Source: Dicyema japonicum
Taxonomy: Eukaryota > Animalia > Dicyemida
DNA: 64,000 nucleotides
Assembly (NCBI GenBank): GCA_011109175.1
Contig: RDEW01000019.1
Location: forward strand, 1-64,000
Direction: 5' to 3'
Shown: positions 13,391 through 27,010 of the stretch, in pieces
How the letters are laid out: every line of letters starts with the position of its first letter
Numbering within the stretch: the stretch's first letter is position 1
Notes under the pieces: model-generated
Database searches by the model: none
Seen by the model: only the letters and a program-made list of their open reading frames with translations
What the model was told of the DNA's origin: nothing
Translations under genes and position numbers: made by a program

Positions 13391-13929
13391 CTACTGAATA
13401 ATAATATTAAGAGTTGATAAAATTAAAGTTTGAAAATAATTAGTGGTGTCGTGATTAACTGTGGGGTCGATTCCACTCCACTACCTACCTAATCAAAGTA
13501 TCCCTTTCTGCTCTTGGCCTTCTTCAATTCTAAAAGGTGTTATGTAATTTACCTGTTTCAGGAGACGGCACCATCCAAAAAGGATCCTTATCTTTACTAC
13601 TCCACTGGAGGGGTTTCCACAATGGTAAATTTGGATAAACGTGAAGTTGGAGATAATTAAATTTGAAGGTTTATACGATGAAGTATATATACCTTCATGA
13701 CGGAAGAATTCTTCCTCTCCCTATAACAAATTATTAAATGAAAGACTTGGGAGACATTGGAGACCTAAAGTTTTGAGCTAAGGAGACATTAAATTCACAA
13801 AGGCTCAGAGATTGAATCCCATGAAGACCAAAATAGAAGTAACAAGTAGACTAGACCCTCGCAAATTGGCCAATTTTTAAATTGATCACATTTTGAAAAA
13901 TTTTCAGAGAAAAAATCTCTTTATTACTG

Positions 13930-14330
13930 AAAGATTCAAAAAATTTCCACTGTCCTTTAAAGCTGCACGTGAACCATCGTTAGCGAAGCTTGAAGAGAAG
14001 TTGGTTGAATGGATGGAGGTAGTAGAGTCTGAACGATAAATTCAAAAAGAGACACGGATTCAGAACGCTCAAGTTACATGGAGAAATGCGAACCGATAAA
14101 TCTGTCGATGTTGAATCCTTTCTTGAAGAATTTAAATAAATTTAAAGCATATATGAAGATTAGACATCTTCAATCCTCTAAAAGTTGAGGATTTTAAACA
14201 TTGAATACACGAAGCATGAAACATTTAATGAAAATTCTTTAGAAGATTCAGAAAATAGTGAACAAGAATTGGAAAAAATAAGACCTGTAGACAAAATAGA
14301 TATTGAAGTTAGATTAATGCTACAGAATTA
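13930..14330 (+). mobile_element. pogo/Tigger-like remnant
   Basis: KLEEKLVEWME resembles the CENP-B-type HTH of Tigger transposases; heavily decayed. Confidence 0.3.
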
Positions 14331-15520
14331 ACTCTTAGGGAATGTTCATTTAAAGTATTTAAAAAATTATTTGTTTATTGTTCTTCAAAATATTCATTTT
14401 ATTTTTTAAAAAATTCTAAGGAACTAAAAATGGCCATTTTGCTAGGGTCGAGTGTATCACTTCACGTATATAAGCATTAGTAATGTTGCATGTGTTGTTA
14501 ATAATCAATGGGCCCTGTGTCTTTCTGTTAACTGATTGAAAGGCAGAGTTACTGTGACTTGTTTTTATCGTTTTGTNTGTTTATTGTTCTTCAAAATATT
14601 CATTTTATTTTTTAAAAAATTCTAAGGAACTAAAAATGGCCAATTTGCTAGGGTCGAGTGTATCACTTCACGTATATAAACATTAGTAATGTTTCATGTG
14701 TTGTTAATAATCAATGGGCCCTGTGTCTTTCTGTTAACTGATTGAAAGGCAGAGTTACTGTGACTTGTTTTTATCGTTTTGTGGTGAATATAAAGAAAAT
14801 GTCCTGGAATAATATAGACTCAGTTCTCTTTTGAGATATTCCTTTATTAAGCTTACTCATCTCCGCATGATCTTTTATTAAGCTTACCCATCACTTTTCA
14901 TGTGAATAGATAAATGATGGACTTGGGAGGCGTTAGAAACTAGAAAATGTCGGATACACAATGATCTGGGTCAGAATATCATCTGGAGCATAATTTGGGG
15001 GTACTTAGACAGATCTACCATGAGGAGGAACGGTTATTAGTTAGATTATTACCGAACGATCTTAATAGTGAACCTGAAACAGTGAGCAACTAGCCTAGTC
15101 GTTAATTGGTCTGAAGGTTGAGCTTGTAACGTGGTGACATATCTAGTGCACTTAATATCTGCATCCCCTCATGAAGGATACAACATATCGTTCTCCTTCT
15201 TATAGGAAATTTGAAACTATAAGATGAGGAGGCATCATATACTCCAATGAGTGTGATAAGATTGGAGGAACCCCACCCTTACGGAAGAACGTATTTATTA
15301 ACTCCGGTTTCTTCACTAAAGAAAACGGGTGGCTAAATGCTTCCGTCAATATTCATAGAGAGGTCCTAGACGCTTGTTTGCACCGAGACTACGGAAGAAC
15401 TATGTTATTACTAGTTATCATTCCTCAAATGTTCTATAATTACACACAAATACGATAGTCTTAATAATCTGAAATACAATATTAACGAAATACAAGACAT
15501 AAAAATTAGAAAAATAATAT

Positions 15521-17761
15521 ATGACGAATTTTCCAGTATTAATGGAGAGTGTTCGTGATTATTGTTAATATGGAAGTTTATAAAATAACCAAATTTTTGC
15601 CGGAGACGTCGTTTTACGTCAAATTTGAAATGAACTCGGTTAAAACATTTTTTCTCAAATATATCACATTAGAAGATTACTTCGAAATAAGAGTAAAGCT
15701 AAATTTATCTTTTCAGAGGGCTGCTAATTGGGGAGTTACTCCATTCGTTGCTGTGATATTCATTTTTTTGATGCTCTGCGGATTCTTGGCTTTCAGTGGT
15801 CTTCGACTCATCAAGAATCACAAACTTAAATATTCATCCGTTTTCGTGTACTTTTTGATATTGTACCTCCATTTCATGACTTTAAGCTCGATTTATGTCC
15901 TGATGTCGGTTAAGATTAAAAATTTAGAAAATGTGGGGACAAAACTCAATGAACCATACGATATGATGAATAACTACGCAAATTCGCTTAGTGAAAACTT
16001 AGTATTTTTTGGGTAACGAAAGCAGACATTATGGAAAACGTCGTTCAACAGGACATATTTGAAAATCTTTAACATCTACAAAAATATCTATCAAAACTCA
16101 ATGAACCATACGATATGATGAATAACTACGCAAATTCGCTTAGTGAAAACTTAGTATTTTTTGGGTAACGAAAGCAGACATTATGGAAAACGTCGTTCAA
16201 CAGGACATATTTGAAAATCTTTAACATCTACAAAAATATCTATGATGAAAAATCAAGTGTCTATTGGGTTTTATTAATGTCACACCACTTAACATTCACG
16301 ACTATCATAAATTCGCTTCAGAACGACATACTGACATTATCAAAACTTAACATCTCCAAATATAGCACGACCTCAGACAATCTAAAGTTTATTTTGACGT
16401 CATCCGTGTAATTGGTTGGCTAAGGCCTTTAGAAATGTCGGATTTAGAAGATTAATGTGGATTATCGCTTGTTGGGTATTGTTTTGCGGAATATGTTTCA
16501 AATCTAAAATTTACTCAGTAAAGAAACTGTAAGATTAATTGATTACTCAGACTTTGTCTGATGAGCTCATTTTTTATATTAATTTCATCGCTGATACTCA
16601 CAACCATCATCGTCTTGGGGATGGTCCTNNNNNNNNNNNNNNNNAACATCTCCAAATATAGCACGACCTCAGACAATCTAAAGTTTATTTTGACGTCATC
16701 CGTGTAATTGGTTGGCTAAGGCCTTTAGAAATGTCGGATTTAGAAGATTAATGTGGATTATCGCTTGTTGGGTATTGTTTTGCGGAATATGTTTCAAATC
16801 TAAAATTTACTCCGTAAAGAAACTGTAAGATTAATTGATTACTCAGACTTTGTTTGATGAGCTCATTTTTTATATTAATTTCATCGCTGATACTCACAAC
16901 CATCATCGTCTTGGGGATGGTCCTTTTTGAGATAAATTTTAGATGCTCAACATATCCTGCACTCACTTTGACCGCAAAATCAATGATTTGGGTAATCTAT
17001 TAGATTTATCACNAAATCTAAAATTTACTCAGTAAAGAAACTGTAAGATTAATTGATTACTCAGATTTTGTCTGATGAGCTCATTTTTTATATTAATTTC
17101 ATCGCTGATACTCACAACCATCATCGTCTTGGGGATGGTCCTTTTTGAGATAAATTTTAGATGCTCAACATATCCTGCACTCATTTTGACCGTAAAATCA
17201 ATGATTTGGGTAATCTATTAGATTTATCACAGAGAGAGACTCAATAGCTAAATATTACTGGAGTTGTGAACAGAATGCGACGTTCAAATATGTGGTACCT
17301 ACGACTATATCTTAGACGGTCTCTAAAATCAATATTAATAGTATGTTAAATACGATTCGGCATATGGGCTGTCCATCTTATCGAAAGGGAATTGACTGCA
17401 CAGATATATATATAAAATACCAAGTGGAATTGTTAATTATTTTTTAGAATATCATTATCGAATTACATAATCATGATTTTATAAATTTTGTGAACGACTT
17501 GGAGGGACCTCAAAATTGCAGCAATTTTAGCAGTAATTTAAAAATTATGAAAAATCAAATCTGTGATAAAACCTCGTAAATGCTTAATTTATGTTAGATA
17601 TAATTTGATATATCCATGTGTTATTTTTATGTTTGGGAATATTATATTCCTGCTATTTGCTTTCATCATTCCGTCATTGGATGGTTATCACTTGTTTGTT
17701 ATTTCTAGAGCCAATACTTGTGGAGTCAAATTACAATCAATTTAAAATGTTTGAGTTTTGA
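15521..17761 (+). CDS. Tweety/TTYH-like 5-TM protein, paralog 1 (11 micro-introns; spans an N gap and assembly duplications)
   Basis: ATG ACG AAT TTT CCA is shared with the other copies. GT-AG introns of ~22-25 nt give a frame ending MFEF*. Contains YYWSC and C-x14-C motifs. Internal duplications (~15942-16245, ~16645-17013) prevent a clean read. Confidence 0.7.
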
Positions 17762-18189
17762 TATTAATTTTTGTTTAACAGTTTTTTTAATAATTATTTA
17801 TCAAACAATATTTTTCAAACAATAAGTAAAATTAATTATTTTATAACATCCTTCTCAACCTTCTCTTCTTGGAGCCAACCTTTATTACCTGTGTAGGTGA
17901 GTTCTCGTTTCTGCACACCCCACATTCAGTGACATCCTCATCACCATGAATCGATACTCTATGCCTTTCCTCAGCATGTATACTCTCCAAAGTCTTTTTG
18001 TAGCACTAGCATTTGTATATAAGCNTTGCCTGTGTAGGCGAGTTCTCGTTTCTGCACACCCCACATTCCATCACATCCTCATCACCATGAATCGATACTC
18101 TATGCCTTTCCTCAGCATGCATACTCTCCAAAGTCTTTTTGTAGCACTAGCATTTGTATATAAGCTTTGACCCTCTCCTCCACTTGACC

Positions 18190-18660
18190 CATGAAGATTT
18201 GGAGACAATTCCATCCTAGGTGATGACCACAGGGATTATTTTCACTTTTTTGCGATGGATCATCTCATATTCGTTCACCAGTAGGTCATACTTGTGGAAC
18301 TTTTCTACTTCGACCTGCTTGAGGAAGTTTTGCGAAGTGATCCCAATTTCAACGAAAGTAATCGTATTTTTTCCAATTTTTTGTTTTTTGTTTTTTGGCA
18401 ATTAAAAAATTGAAGAGCCATTTTTTTAATAATAAAACATAACAAAATTATATTTAATTGACCATGCATTTCAATTTCAACGAAAGTAATCGTATTTTTT
18501 CCAATTTTTTGTTTTTTGTTTTTTGGCAGTTAAAAAATTGAAGAGCCATTTTTTTAATAATAAAACATAACAAAATTATATTTAATTGACCATGCATTTC
18601 TTTCGCCAATAGTGTTATGTCTGGGTCGTAGCTTGTCATTTTTAACTTGACAGGATTACA
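18190..18660 (-). mobile_element. R4/NeSL-like non-LTR restriction-like endonuclease fragment
   Basis: YDPDITL..FVEIGITS..EKFHKYDLL..IIPVVIT, a PD-(D/E)xK-type RLE. Confidence 0.65.
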
Positions 18661-18889
18661 AATTTGTATCAGTAATTTGACTCCTTAATTTTGATTTGAT
18701 CAAATTCATGTGAAAACGCTTGCTCGCACAAATAAATATACCCGAATATCGTGAGGACGATATAAGTTGAATAATTTGAATCTTTTGACTTATTTTCATA
18801 TTTTTTTGCCACGTGAAGTCAAAGTTTGTGTGTTGTTACTCAAAAATTAATGCGCCGCAGGCGCAAGGGAACTAGATTTCTGGACGGCG

Positions 18890-19310
18890 AGTGAAACAAA
18901 CAAAAAATCATTGTGTGGGCGCGTACTTTGCACGTTTCAACCTCTCGGCATTCTCAGCAGGCCGAACAGGCTCCAGAGGCACTCTGAATTAGGTTGCAAG
19001 GAACAAAACGTGTCGGTGCAGGTGACGTCCCATACAAGAGGATTTCCGACTTTAAAGGGAAGATGGTCATTACGGAATAACGTATTTATTTACTCCCGCT
19101 TTCTTCGAATGAAAGAAACCGGTTGATAAAAGAACGACACAGCCAAGAGCGGACGATCCCAAGATCTGACAGGTGCATTTGGTTTTGTGCCGAACTCGTA
19201 GGCGGACCCGGACAAGATAAGAAGTGGTCCGTAATCTGCTCGTCAAAATGGAATGACGGGCAAAGCGGAGAGGAGGTTTGTCCGATACAGTTTAGATAGG
19301 CAGCAATGCT
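18890..19310 (-). mobile_element. CRE-like non-LTR fragment
   Basis: Minus-strand translation PLVWDVTCTDTF; homologous to ~37960-38240. Confidence 0.6.
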
Positions 19311-19589
19311 ACGGAAGAACTAAGTAATTATTAGCCATCAATTCTCAAATGTTCTCTAAATAATAAATAGGGCGATTTTTTTGACTTTATAAATCCAAAA
19401 TTTTGACATAAAATTGACTTCAATCACTAAAATTTCAAAATTTTGACCATTTTGACTTTATGACACCCTCGTGAGCGCTGCTGGTTATTTGAACGAATCT
19501 CGCTCGCTATCCTGAGAGGGAATAGCCACGCAGTCAGGGTAGCTTCTACATAGCCGTTACTCTATTTTACAATAATAAAAAAATAGATA

Positions 19590-20200
19590 TTGAAAATGAT
19601 GGAACTCATTTACGCGGATGATGTCGATTTTGTCGCGGAGTTCTTGAATTTATAGACGTTATTATTGAGAACGCGAAAACAATTTCGAGTACTGGTCTCC
19701 CAAAGTCAATGAAGACAAAACTGAAATAACCACAATCGAAAGAACATCAACCCGCGTTGAGAAGTGGTGGAACACCCAAAAACTCGGCTCATTACTTGGT
19801 GATTCAAAAGATATCACACGACGAAAAATATTGGCCACAAATTCATTTAAAAATTACAATCTATTCTGATGATAAAGAATCAAATTTCTACTAAGATGCG
19901 ATTACAATTATGGATTTGTCTGACCAGTCCTCATTTACAACGCTGATACTTGGAAAACATCAAAGAAAGACATGGAACAACTCGACTCTTTTCACAAAGG
20001 CCAAATAAGATAACTCCTTGGACTCTCTTGGTCAAAGAAAATCTAAAAAATAAATTATACAGACTGACTGATTGTGGACCAATAAGTCAGAACGTACTTG
20101 AATCCCGCTAGCGCTTTTTTTGACATCTTCTACGGATGGGTGAACAAACACCCAGCAATGCCGTTATGGAAAAATTTTTCGGCTATATTGAATCTTCTAA
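19590..20200 (+). mobile_element. Degenerate RTE-like RT fragment
   Basis: LIYADDVDF, then YNADTW..LDSFHKGQIR as in the other RTE 3' ends; many stops. Confidence 0.6.
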
Positions 20201-20259
20201 AATTTTTTTATTTTGGCTAACCTATTTTTAAATAGATTTTAATAAACTGAGCAAAAAGT

Positions 20260-22800
20260 TAGTGTGGTTGGTTTTCTGAGGAATATAAAATCTAAAATAG
20301 TTTTATATTTTTTTCTGAAAATCACAAAAACAAAGGTTATAAATTATATTTTAGTGTGTAATATACTTGCATCTTATGGATATAAGAAATCACGAAAGGG
20401 AGAATTTACCAGAGTAGTTGCAGCCATTACAGACAAAATTAGAGTACTGGAAAAAGGCTCACAATTCATGAGTCGAGGAGAGCCTTTAGGAGAGATAATT
20501 ATGGGGTAGAATTAAATAGAAGGAGATTATATCGAAGTTTTACTGGTGATGCTCAGCGTACTGTGTGTAAAGTGGGAAAAGATGAGTGTTTATCTTTTTG
20601 GGAAACCGTGTGGAAGAAAGCTGAAAGTCAGAGATCTTTCAACGTTGTCTGAAAATGTATAACTGGGGTAGAAGAGTCCCCAGTGGATTTAACACGTGAC
20701 TTTATCAAGAACATAATTGAATGTTAACCGCATTGGAAATCATCTGATTCCGATGGTGTCTTGTTTTTTTGTCAAGAAATTTGAGGCCCTTCACGATATT
20801 TTGTGTGATGAGCTATTGAAAATTGCAAGTGGGGACATTGCAAGTCTCTGAAAATTAGATGGAAGTGAAGAGGAGGTGTCAAGGCGCCAAAGTGACTTAT
20901 GCTACGGGTTCGATTCTCGCTGCTGTTCACCTGGTGAAAGGTTCCACGCATCTACGATGCTAAAAGGGTTTGACGAGTGACGCCGTCATCAGTGGATACT
21001 CACTGCGGAACTGGATTGTCTAGAAAGGATCCACACACAAGAAAAAGAAAAAAAGAAGTGAAGATCATTCCTTGGTTCTACGATTAGTTAAAATTAACTG
21101 TTCTTTACTTAAATAAAGTGTGTGTCCTACCTATGCGGAGCTATAAATACTATGGCTCTCGTGAAAAGGCTATTAAAGTTGACTGTTGCACTGAAACGTG
21201 GAATACTTCAAGGAGACTCTCTGTCTTTCCAACTTTTTGTTTTAGTCATGATCCTTTAAGCAAGATTTTAAATAATAGATTTCCAAAATTGCGTGTATCC
21301 CAAAGTAATTCATCATTGTTGACGTATTCAACCAATCACTTATTTTTTATTGATGATCTAAAAATTTTTATTGAGAAGGAAGATACAATAGTGAAGATGA
21401 TGAATGAGATTGATGAGTATTTCAGTGTGGTTGGGATTAATAGGAGTTTTGAGAAGTATGGTAGACGTAAATCTCTGGGGAGGGGAATTACTTCGATTGT
21501 CTACAAGAGTGAGTTTATGTTGTACCAGTTTCTGTCTGATATGAAAATAAAATCGCATATTTTGCTAAGAAAGGATGGAATCTTGCTGGCCTTGAAAACA
21601 AAGATGACCACGATCGCTAGATTTCTATCTTTCAAGTACAAGATAAATCTAACTCAAGTATAAGACTATCAGAGAAAGCCAAGTAAATGGCCTGATTGAT
21701 TCTATTGAGAATATACTTCATTCTTGTTGTTTAACAGTTACGAAGATGGATACGTTGACCTAGCCGGATCTTCAGAGTGATTAACCAGTGGAAATAATAG
21801 CCCGAGATCAGAAAACATGTATTGTCTGCTACATTACAAGAACTCGTTTTTTGATACCAATGATTCAGTTTGTAGTAATTGCAAGAAGGCTAACAGATCA
21901 GTGGATTTGTTTGCTTCAGGACAGGAACTCGTTTTTTGATACCAATGATTCAGTTTGCAGTAATTGCAAGAAGGCTAAGAAATCAGTGGATTTGGCTACA
22001 TGTTGTGGTAGAATGCTCAATAGTGACTATGTGAGGAGGCATTAAGAAGTTGTTAGATGCATTCACCTGCATTTATGTAGAATGTTTAAACGTCTAAAAA
22101 CAGATTCAGTTCGATCAATTGTTACGACGCAGAAGGTGAAATCTGAGTAGACACTTCCATCATGACTGACACTAAAGTTCAACACAATAAGCGAGGTATT
22201 TTTTTGTATGACAAAATGAAAAAAGAGATTGTGATTATAGAAGTTGGAATCATCTCACAAGAAGCACTCAAGCATACAGATATGGAAAAGCTACACAAGT
22301 ATGATTTTCTCGCTGGAGAATTGGGAATGTTATACGATGCTCCTGTGAGAATTATTACAGTGGTTTTGACATGGGACGGGATTATNGAGTAGACACTTCC
22401 ATCATGACTGACACTGAAGTTAAACACGATAAGCGAGATATTTTTATGTATGACAAAATGAAGAATAAGAATGTGATTATACAAGTTGAAATCACCTTAC
22501 AAGAAGCACTCAAGCTAACAGAAGTGGAAAAGCTACACAAGTATGAATTGCTCGCTGGAGAATTGAGAATGTTATTCGATGCTCCTCTGAGAATTATTCC
22601 TGTGGTTTTGACATGGCACGGGATTATCTCCACGTGTTACAGAAATCATTTGAAAGCTCTCTCAATTGATCTGCCAATAAGAGTGTATATTCAGTCGTTG
22701 GTTTTAGAGAAAACATTAGACAGTATTATTGTCGAGCACAAACACGGAGTAAAAACACCAACTGACGAAATCCTTTATGAAAACTCTTAACATTGACGAA
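20260..22800 (+). mobile_element. Degenerate R4/NeSL-like non-LTR element (RT, CCHC, RLE), interrupted by a SINE
   Basis: TNHLFFIDDLK, CSNCKKAKKSVDLATCC..YVRRH and IIEVGIISQ..EKLHKYDFLAGEL. Confidence 0.75.
20889..21175 (+). mobile_element. tRNA-headed SINE copy
   Basis: gctacgggttcgattctcgctgctgttcacctgg through cctatgcggagct matches the 41137-41592 element. Confidence 0.8.
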
Positions 22801-23429
22801 GCGGCGACCCATAGTCCGAGGAAAAAGTGGAAGTCATGTGGATGGCTGGTGAAGATCTTTGTAAAGGAAGAAGGATATGTTAGATTAGTTCTTAATTGTG
22901 AATTTAACTAGAATACAAAATTTTTTTAAAATTAATTTATTCGCGGATTAATTAATAGGATTGTGACATTAAATACCATGTTAAAAATAATTAAAAAAAC
23001 ATTTTATTTATTAAAAAAGTAATCGCTAATTTTAGCCCAAATATTGTATTCTTTCTGTAATTTCTTAGAGACGTTCAATGTGAAATCATAATAATTTTAA
23101 GTTCTTTAGGACAAACATTAAAAATGAATATTCAAGACTATTCATTATATTTATTGTTTTTAAAGCCATTATTTTCAATTTCATCACACCCATCATATAA
23201 TTGTGTGTTATTTTCAATTCCACTGAATTCGATGTCAATTAAACTTGAAAAATGAGTCTCCAACAGTTCAGATTGAATGCCTCTATTTTACTTCAACAAT
23301 TATTTATTTGTGTGTCTAATTGCTCAATCCCAGGCTTTTCAAAAAATACGATAATTTGTCGCATATTTATTTTTTTAGTCTATTCTCACGAGGGCCTCCA
23401 GAGGGGTCGGTCCGCTTTGGTGATTCTTA

Positions 23430-23750
23430 AAAATCTAATGTTCCGTTACTCTGTTCGCCTTCTTTAGCATTTCCTCGATTTTCCTCATTTTTCCAAGATA
23501 TGAAGAGGCGCATGCATATGAGAAACATGGCTCAATGTACTGTATGTACACGTTCATCAGGACAGGGTGAGTCCCACTCTTCCAAATTCCTGATAAACTT
23601 TTCAATACGTTCAGTTTCTTCTCGCATTTCAATAGAATGTTTTCTACGTGTGGTGTCAAACAGAGATGCATATTGATTGTCACACCCAAGAACATAAATA
23701 AACTTAATTAAAAAAAGTTCCATATATAAAGAGGATGCCCTATACGGGGG
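23430..23750 (-). mobile_element. Jockey-like RT 3' fragment
   Basis: FLGVT..PHVENILLKCEKKLNVLKSLSG..YIQYIEPCFSYA. Confidence 0.7.
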
Positions 23751-23944
23751 TTTTATTATTATTATTATTATTGTGGCGGGTTGTACTGTATTTTTATAAG
23801 TTTGAAACAATTTTAAAGAACATATGAATTTTTGACTTTATTGACAAAAATCGCCTTATTAATAACACACAAGACTCGATTGTTTTAATGATCTGAAATA
23901 CAATATTAACGACACACAATACTTAAAAATTAGAAACATAATAC

Positions 23945-25523
23945 ATGACTATTATTCCAGTATTAATGGAAATTGTTCGTAATTATTGTTAATATAGACG
24001 TTAAAAAAATAACCACATTTATGCCGGAGACGTCGTTTTACGTCAAATTTGAAATGAACTCGGTTAAAACGTTTTTTCTCAAATATATTACATTAGAAGA
24101 TTATTTCGAAATAAGAGTAAACGTAATTGTTATCTTTTCAGAGGGCTGCTAATTGGGGAGTTACTCCATTCGTTGCTGCGGCATTCATTTTCTCCGTGCT
24201 CTGTGGATTTTTGGCTTTCAGTCGTCTTCGACTTATCAGGAATCACAAACTCAAATATTCATCCACTGTCGTCTACTTGTTAATCTTGTAACTCCATTTC
24301 ATGACTTTAAGGTCGACTTATATTATGATGTTAATTAAGATTAAGAATTTAGAAAACGAGGGGACAAAACTCGATGAACCAAATGACACAATGACTAACT
24401 ACGCCAATACGCTTAACGAAAACTTTGTATTTTTTGGGTGACGAAAGCAGACATTCTGGAAGACATTGTTTAGCAAGACATATTTGAAAATCTTCAACAT
24501 CTACTATAATATCTATGATGACATGACAAGTGTCCAGCGGAATATCATCAAAAGACAGTGCTCGAACTTCAAGACTATCGTAGATTCGCTCCAGAACGAC
24601 ATCCTAACAATATCAAAGCTCAACATCTCCAAATATAGCACGGCCTCAGACAATCTAAAGTCCATTTTGAAGTCATCTATGTATTTACTTCCCTGAGTCT
24701 TCTAGAAACGTCGGATTTAGAAGATTAATGTGGATTATTGCTTGTTGGGTATTGTTCTGCGGAATATGTTTCAAATCTAAAATTTACTCAGTAAAGAAAC
24801 TGTAAGATTAATTGATTACTCAGATTTTGTCTGATGAGCTCATTTTTTATCTTAATTTCATCGTTAATACTCACAACCATCATCGTCTTGGGGATGGTCC
24901 CATTTAAGATAAATTTTAGATGTTCAACCGATCCTGCACCCACTTAGACCGCAAAATTAACGATTTGGGTACTCTATTGGATTTATCACAGGGAACGACT
25001 CAATAGCTAAATATTACTGGAGTTGTGAACAGAATGCGACGTTTAAATATGTGTGAACTACAACTATATTTTAGACGGTCTCTAAAATCAATGTCAATAG
25101 AATTTTTAATTCGTATCATTTATTGGGATGTCCAAAAAATATAGTGGGATATGACTGCTCAGGTTCATATGGAAAATACCAAGTGAAATGTTTTATTCTT
25201 ATTTTTAGAATATCATCAATGAATCAAATTATGATGATTTTATAAAATTTGTGAATGACCTGGAGGGACCTCAAAATTGCAAAGATTTTAGCAGGAATTT
25301 AAAAATTATGAAAAATCAAATCTGTGATAAAACCTCGTAAATTCTTAATTTATGTTAGATATAATTTGATATATCCATGTGTTATTTTCATGATTGGGAA
25401 TATTATATTCCTGCTATTTGCTTTCATCATTCCGTCATTGGATGGTAATTAATGGTCTGTCTATTTATAGAGCCCATACTGGTAGAGTCAAATTACATTC
25501 AATTTAAAATGTTTGAGTTTTAA
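23945..25523 (+). pseudogene. Tweety/TTYH-like paralog 2 with premature stop
   Basis: Same 12-exon structure as the other copies. In-frame TAA at 24289-24291 where the others have TAC. Predicted intron 1 is only 19 nt. Confidence 0.7.
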
Positions 25524-25908
25524 TATTAATTTTTGTTAACAATTATTTATATTAAAAATATTAATTTTGAAATCACCATAATTTAGCTAACGAAAAAATG
25601 TTAATATTTAACACAGTGGTTCTCAACTTGCTATATCGTCCAAATTGGGCAGTGGGATTTTTAAATATTCATTTTTTATAAATTTTTTTTGTAGAAAGAA
25701 TAAAATATTAATGGAATATATTTTATAGATTTAATTAAATAAAAATAAAAAAACCAAGTTTTATTATTATGGAAAACACGATTAAATCAAAATTACTACT
25801 CGCTTCTATACAATTTTCAGTTCAATTATGACATTTTTATGTCAATTTTGACTATGTGATATTCTATTATGATATTTTTTATATCAATTTTGACTTCGTT
25901 TATTATAG

Positions 25909-26900
25909 TTGATCCTAATACGATTTGTGATTTATATTATATTTCTTGATTCGTTGTTCTTGTACCAATTTTATGTCAAGAAAAATTCAAGAATATCAGA
26001 AGCTACGAAAAGAGCACTTATAAATAAGGATAAAGAGGGTGTCGATTATATACAGCTTGCTCGAGATCTTGGACTCAAAAGGACAACAGCTATAGCCATC
26101 TTAAAAAGTGTAAATCCGTATGTTTGTAAACGTGGAGGTAGAAAGAATGCTACGATTAAACTTACGGATAATGATATGAATTTGATAATTGAAAAAATTG
26201 AGAATAATCTATCGACAACATTGAAGGAACTACTAACATTGGTAAATAATAAAGTTTGTATTGCGGCAATATATAACCGATCTGATAGCCGATTGATTAC
26301 CTACAAAATGTTGCGATGGAATAGTCTGGAAAATATAGAAAAAAAGAAAAATATTTTCATTGGATAAATAACGTAATACAAATAGAAAAATACATTTGGA
26401 CGAAACAAATTTCAATCTCTTTACATAAAAAAAATTCGACTGATCCAATATAGGATCACGTGCGATAGTTCCAGTAAAGGGAAGCAAAGGGGTGAATCTC
26501 AACGGAATTTTAGCAATTGATGACAATGGAACAATTGTGAGAATTGAATCACATTGGATTTGTAAAATCGAAATTTATACATTTTATCACGGCATTATCT
26601 GACAGCTGGAGAGGAACTTATTATTTATATGGATAATGTTTCAATCCATAAAAAACAAGGAAATTTTGAAGGTATACGAGTAGAACATGCTATACGAAGA
26701 TTTGATGCACCATATTCTCCTCAACTTAATCCATGCGAATGCTGTTTTTCCGGTCTTATGGCTGGGATAAAGACGTATTTATCTAGTCACAACAATCCCC
26801 ATAATGATGTTATTGTAGTAGGAAATGGAACCCTGACCGAATTTACTGTTTAATTACTACAAAATGCTTTGGACTATTCTATAACACATTTAACGAGGGA
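25909..26900 (+). mobile_element. Tc1/IS630-like transposase, frameshifted
   Basis: HTH-like ORF 25909-26367; LDETNFNL, MDNVSIHK and APYSPQLNPCECCFS match a DDE_3-type catalytic domain. Confidence 0.8.
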
Positions 26901-27010
26901 GAAAATACATAGGCCCCTATGCTATCATGGCCCTCATCAAAATTTTCAACTTTTCAATCAACGAAAATTGTATTCCTTCCATATGAAAGCTATCAAACAT
27001 ACGACCTATT

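Larger units (their letters stand above)
19368..23858. mobile_element. hAT-type TIR-bounded insertion containing nested retroelements
   Basis: Left end TAGGGCGATTTTT and right end AAAAATCGCCTTA match the element at 53171-53949. Flanks ataataaa and ttaataac match 6/8. The outside sequences join to match the upstream region of paralog 1. Confidence 0.7.

Noticed and set aside
15455-15520. Longer N-terminal coding frame for the TTYH-like genes (DSLNNLKYNINE..)
   Set aside because: That frame has TAA stops in copies 3 and 4, whereas ATG-ACN..CCA-GTA-TTA-ATG is conserved in all four.
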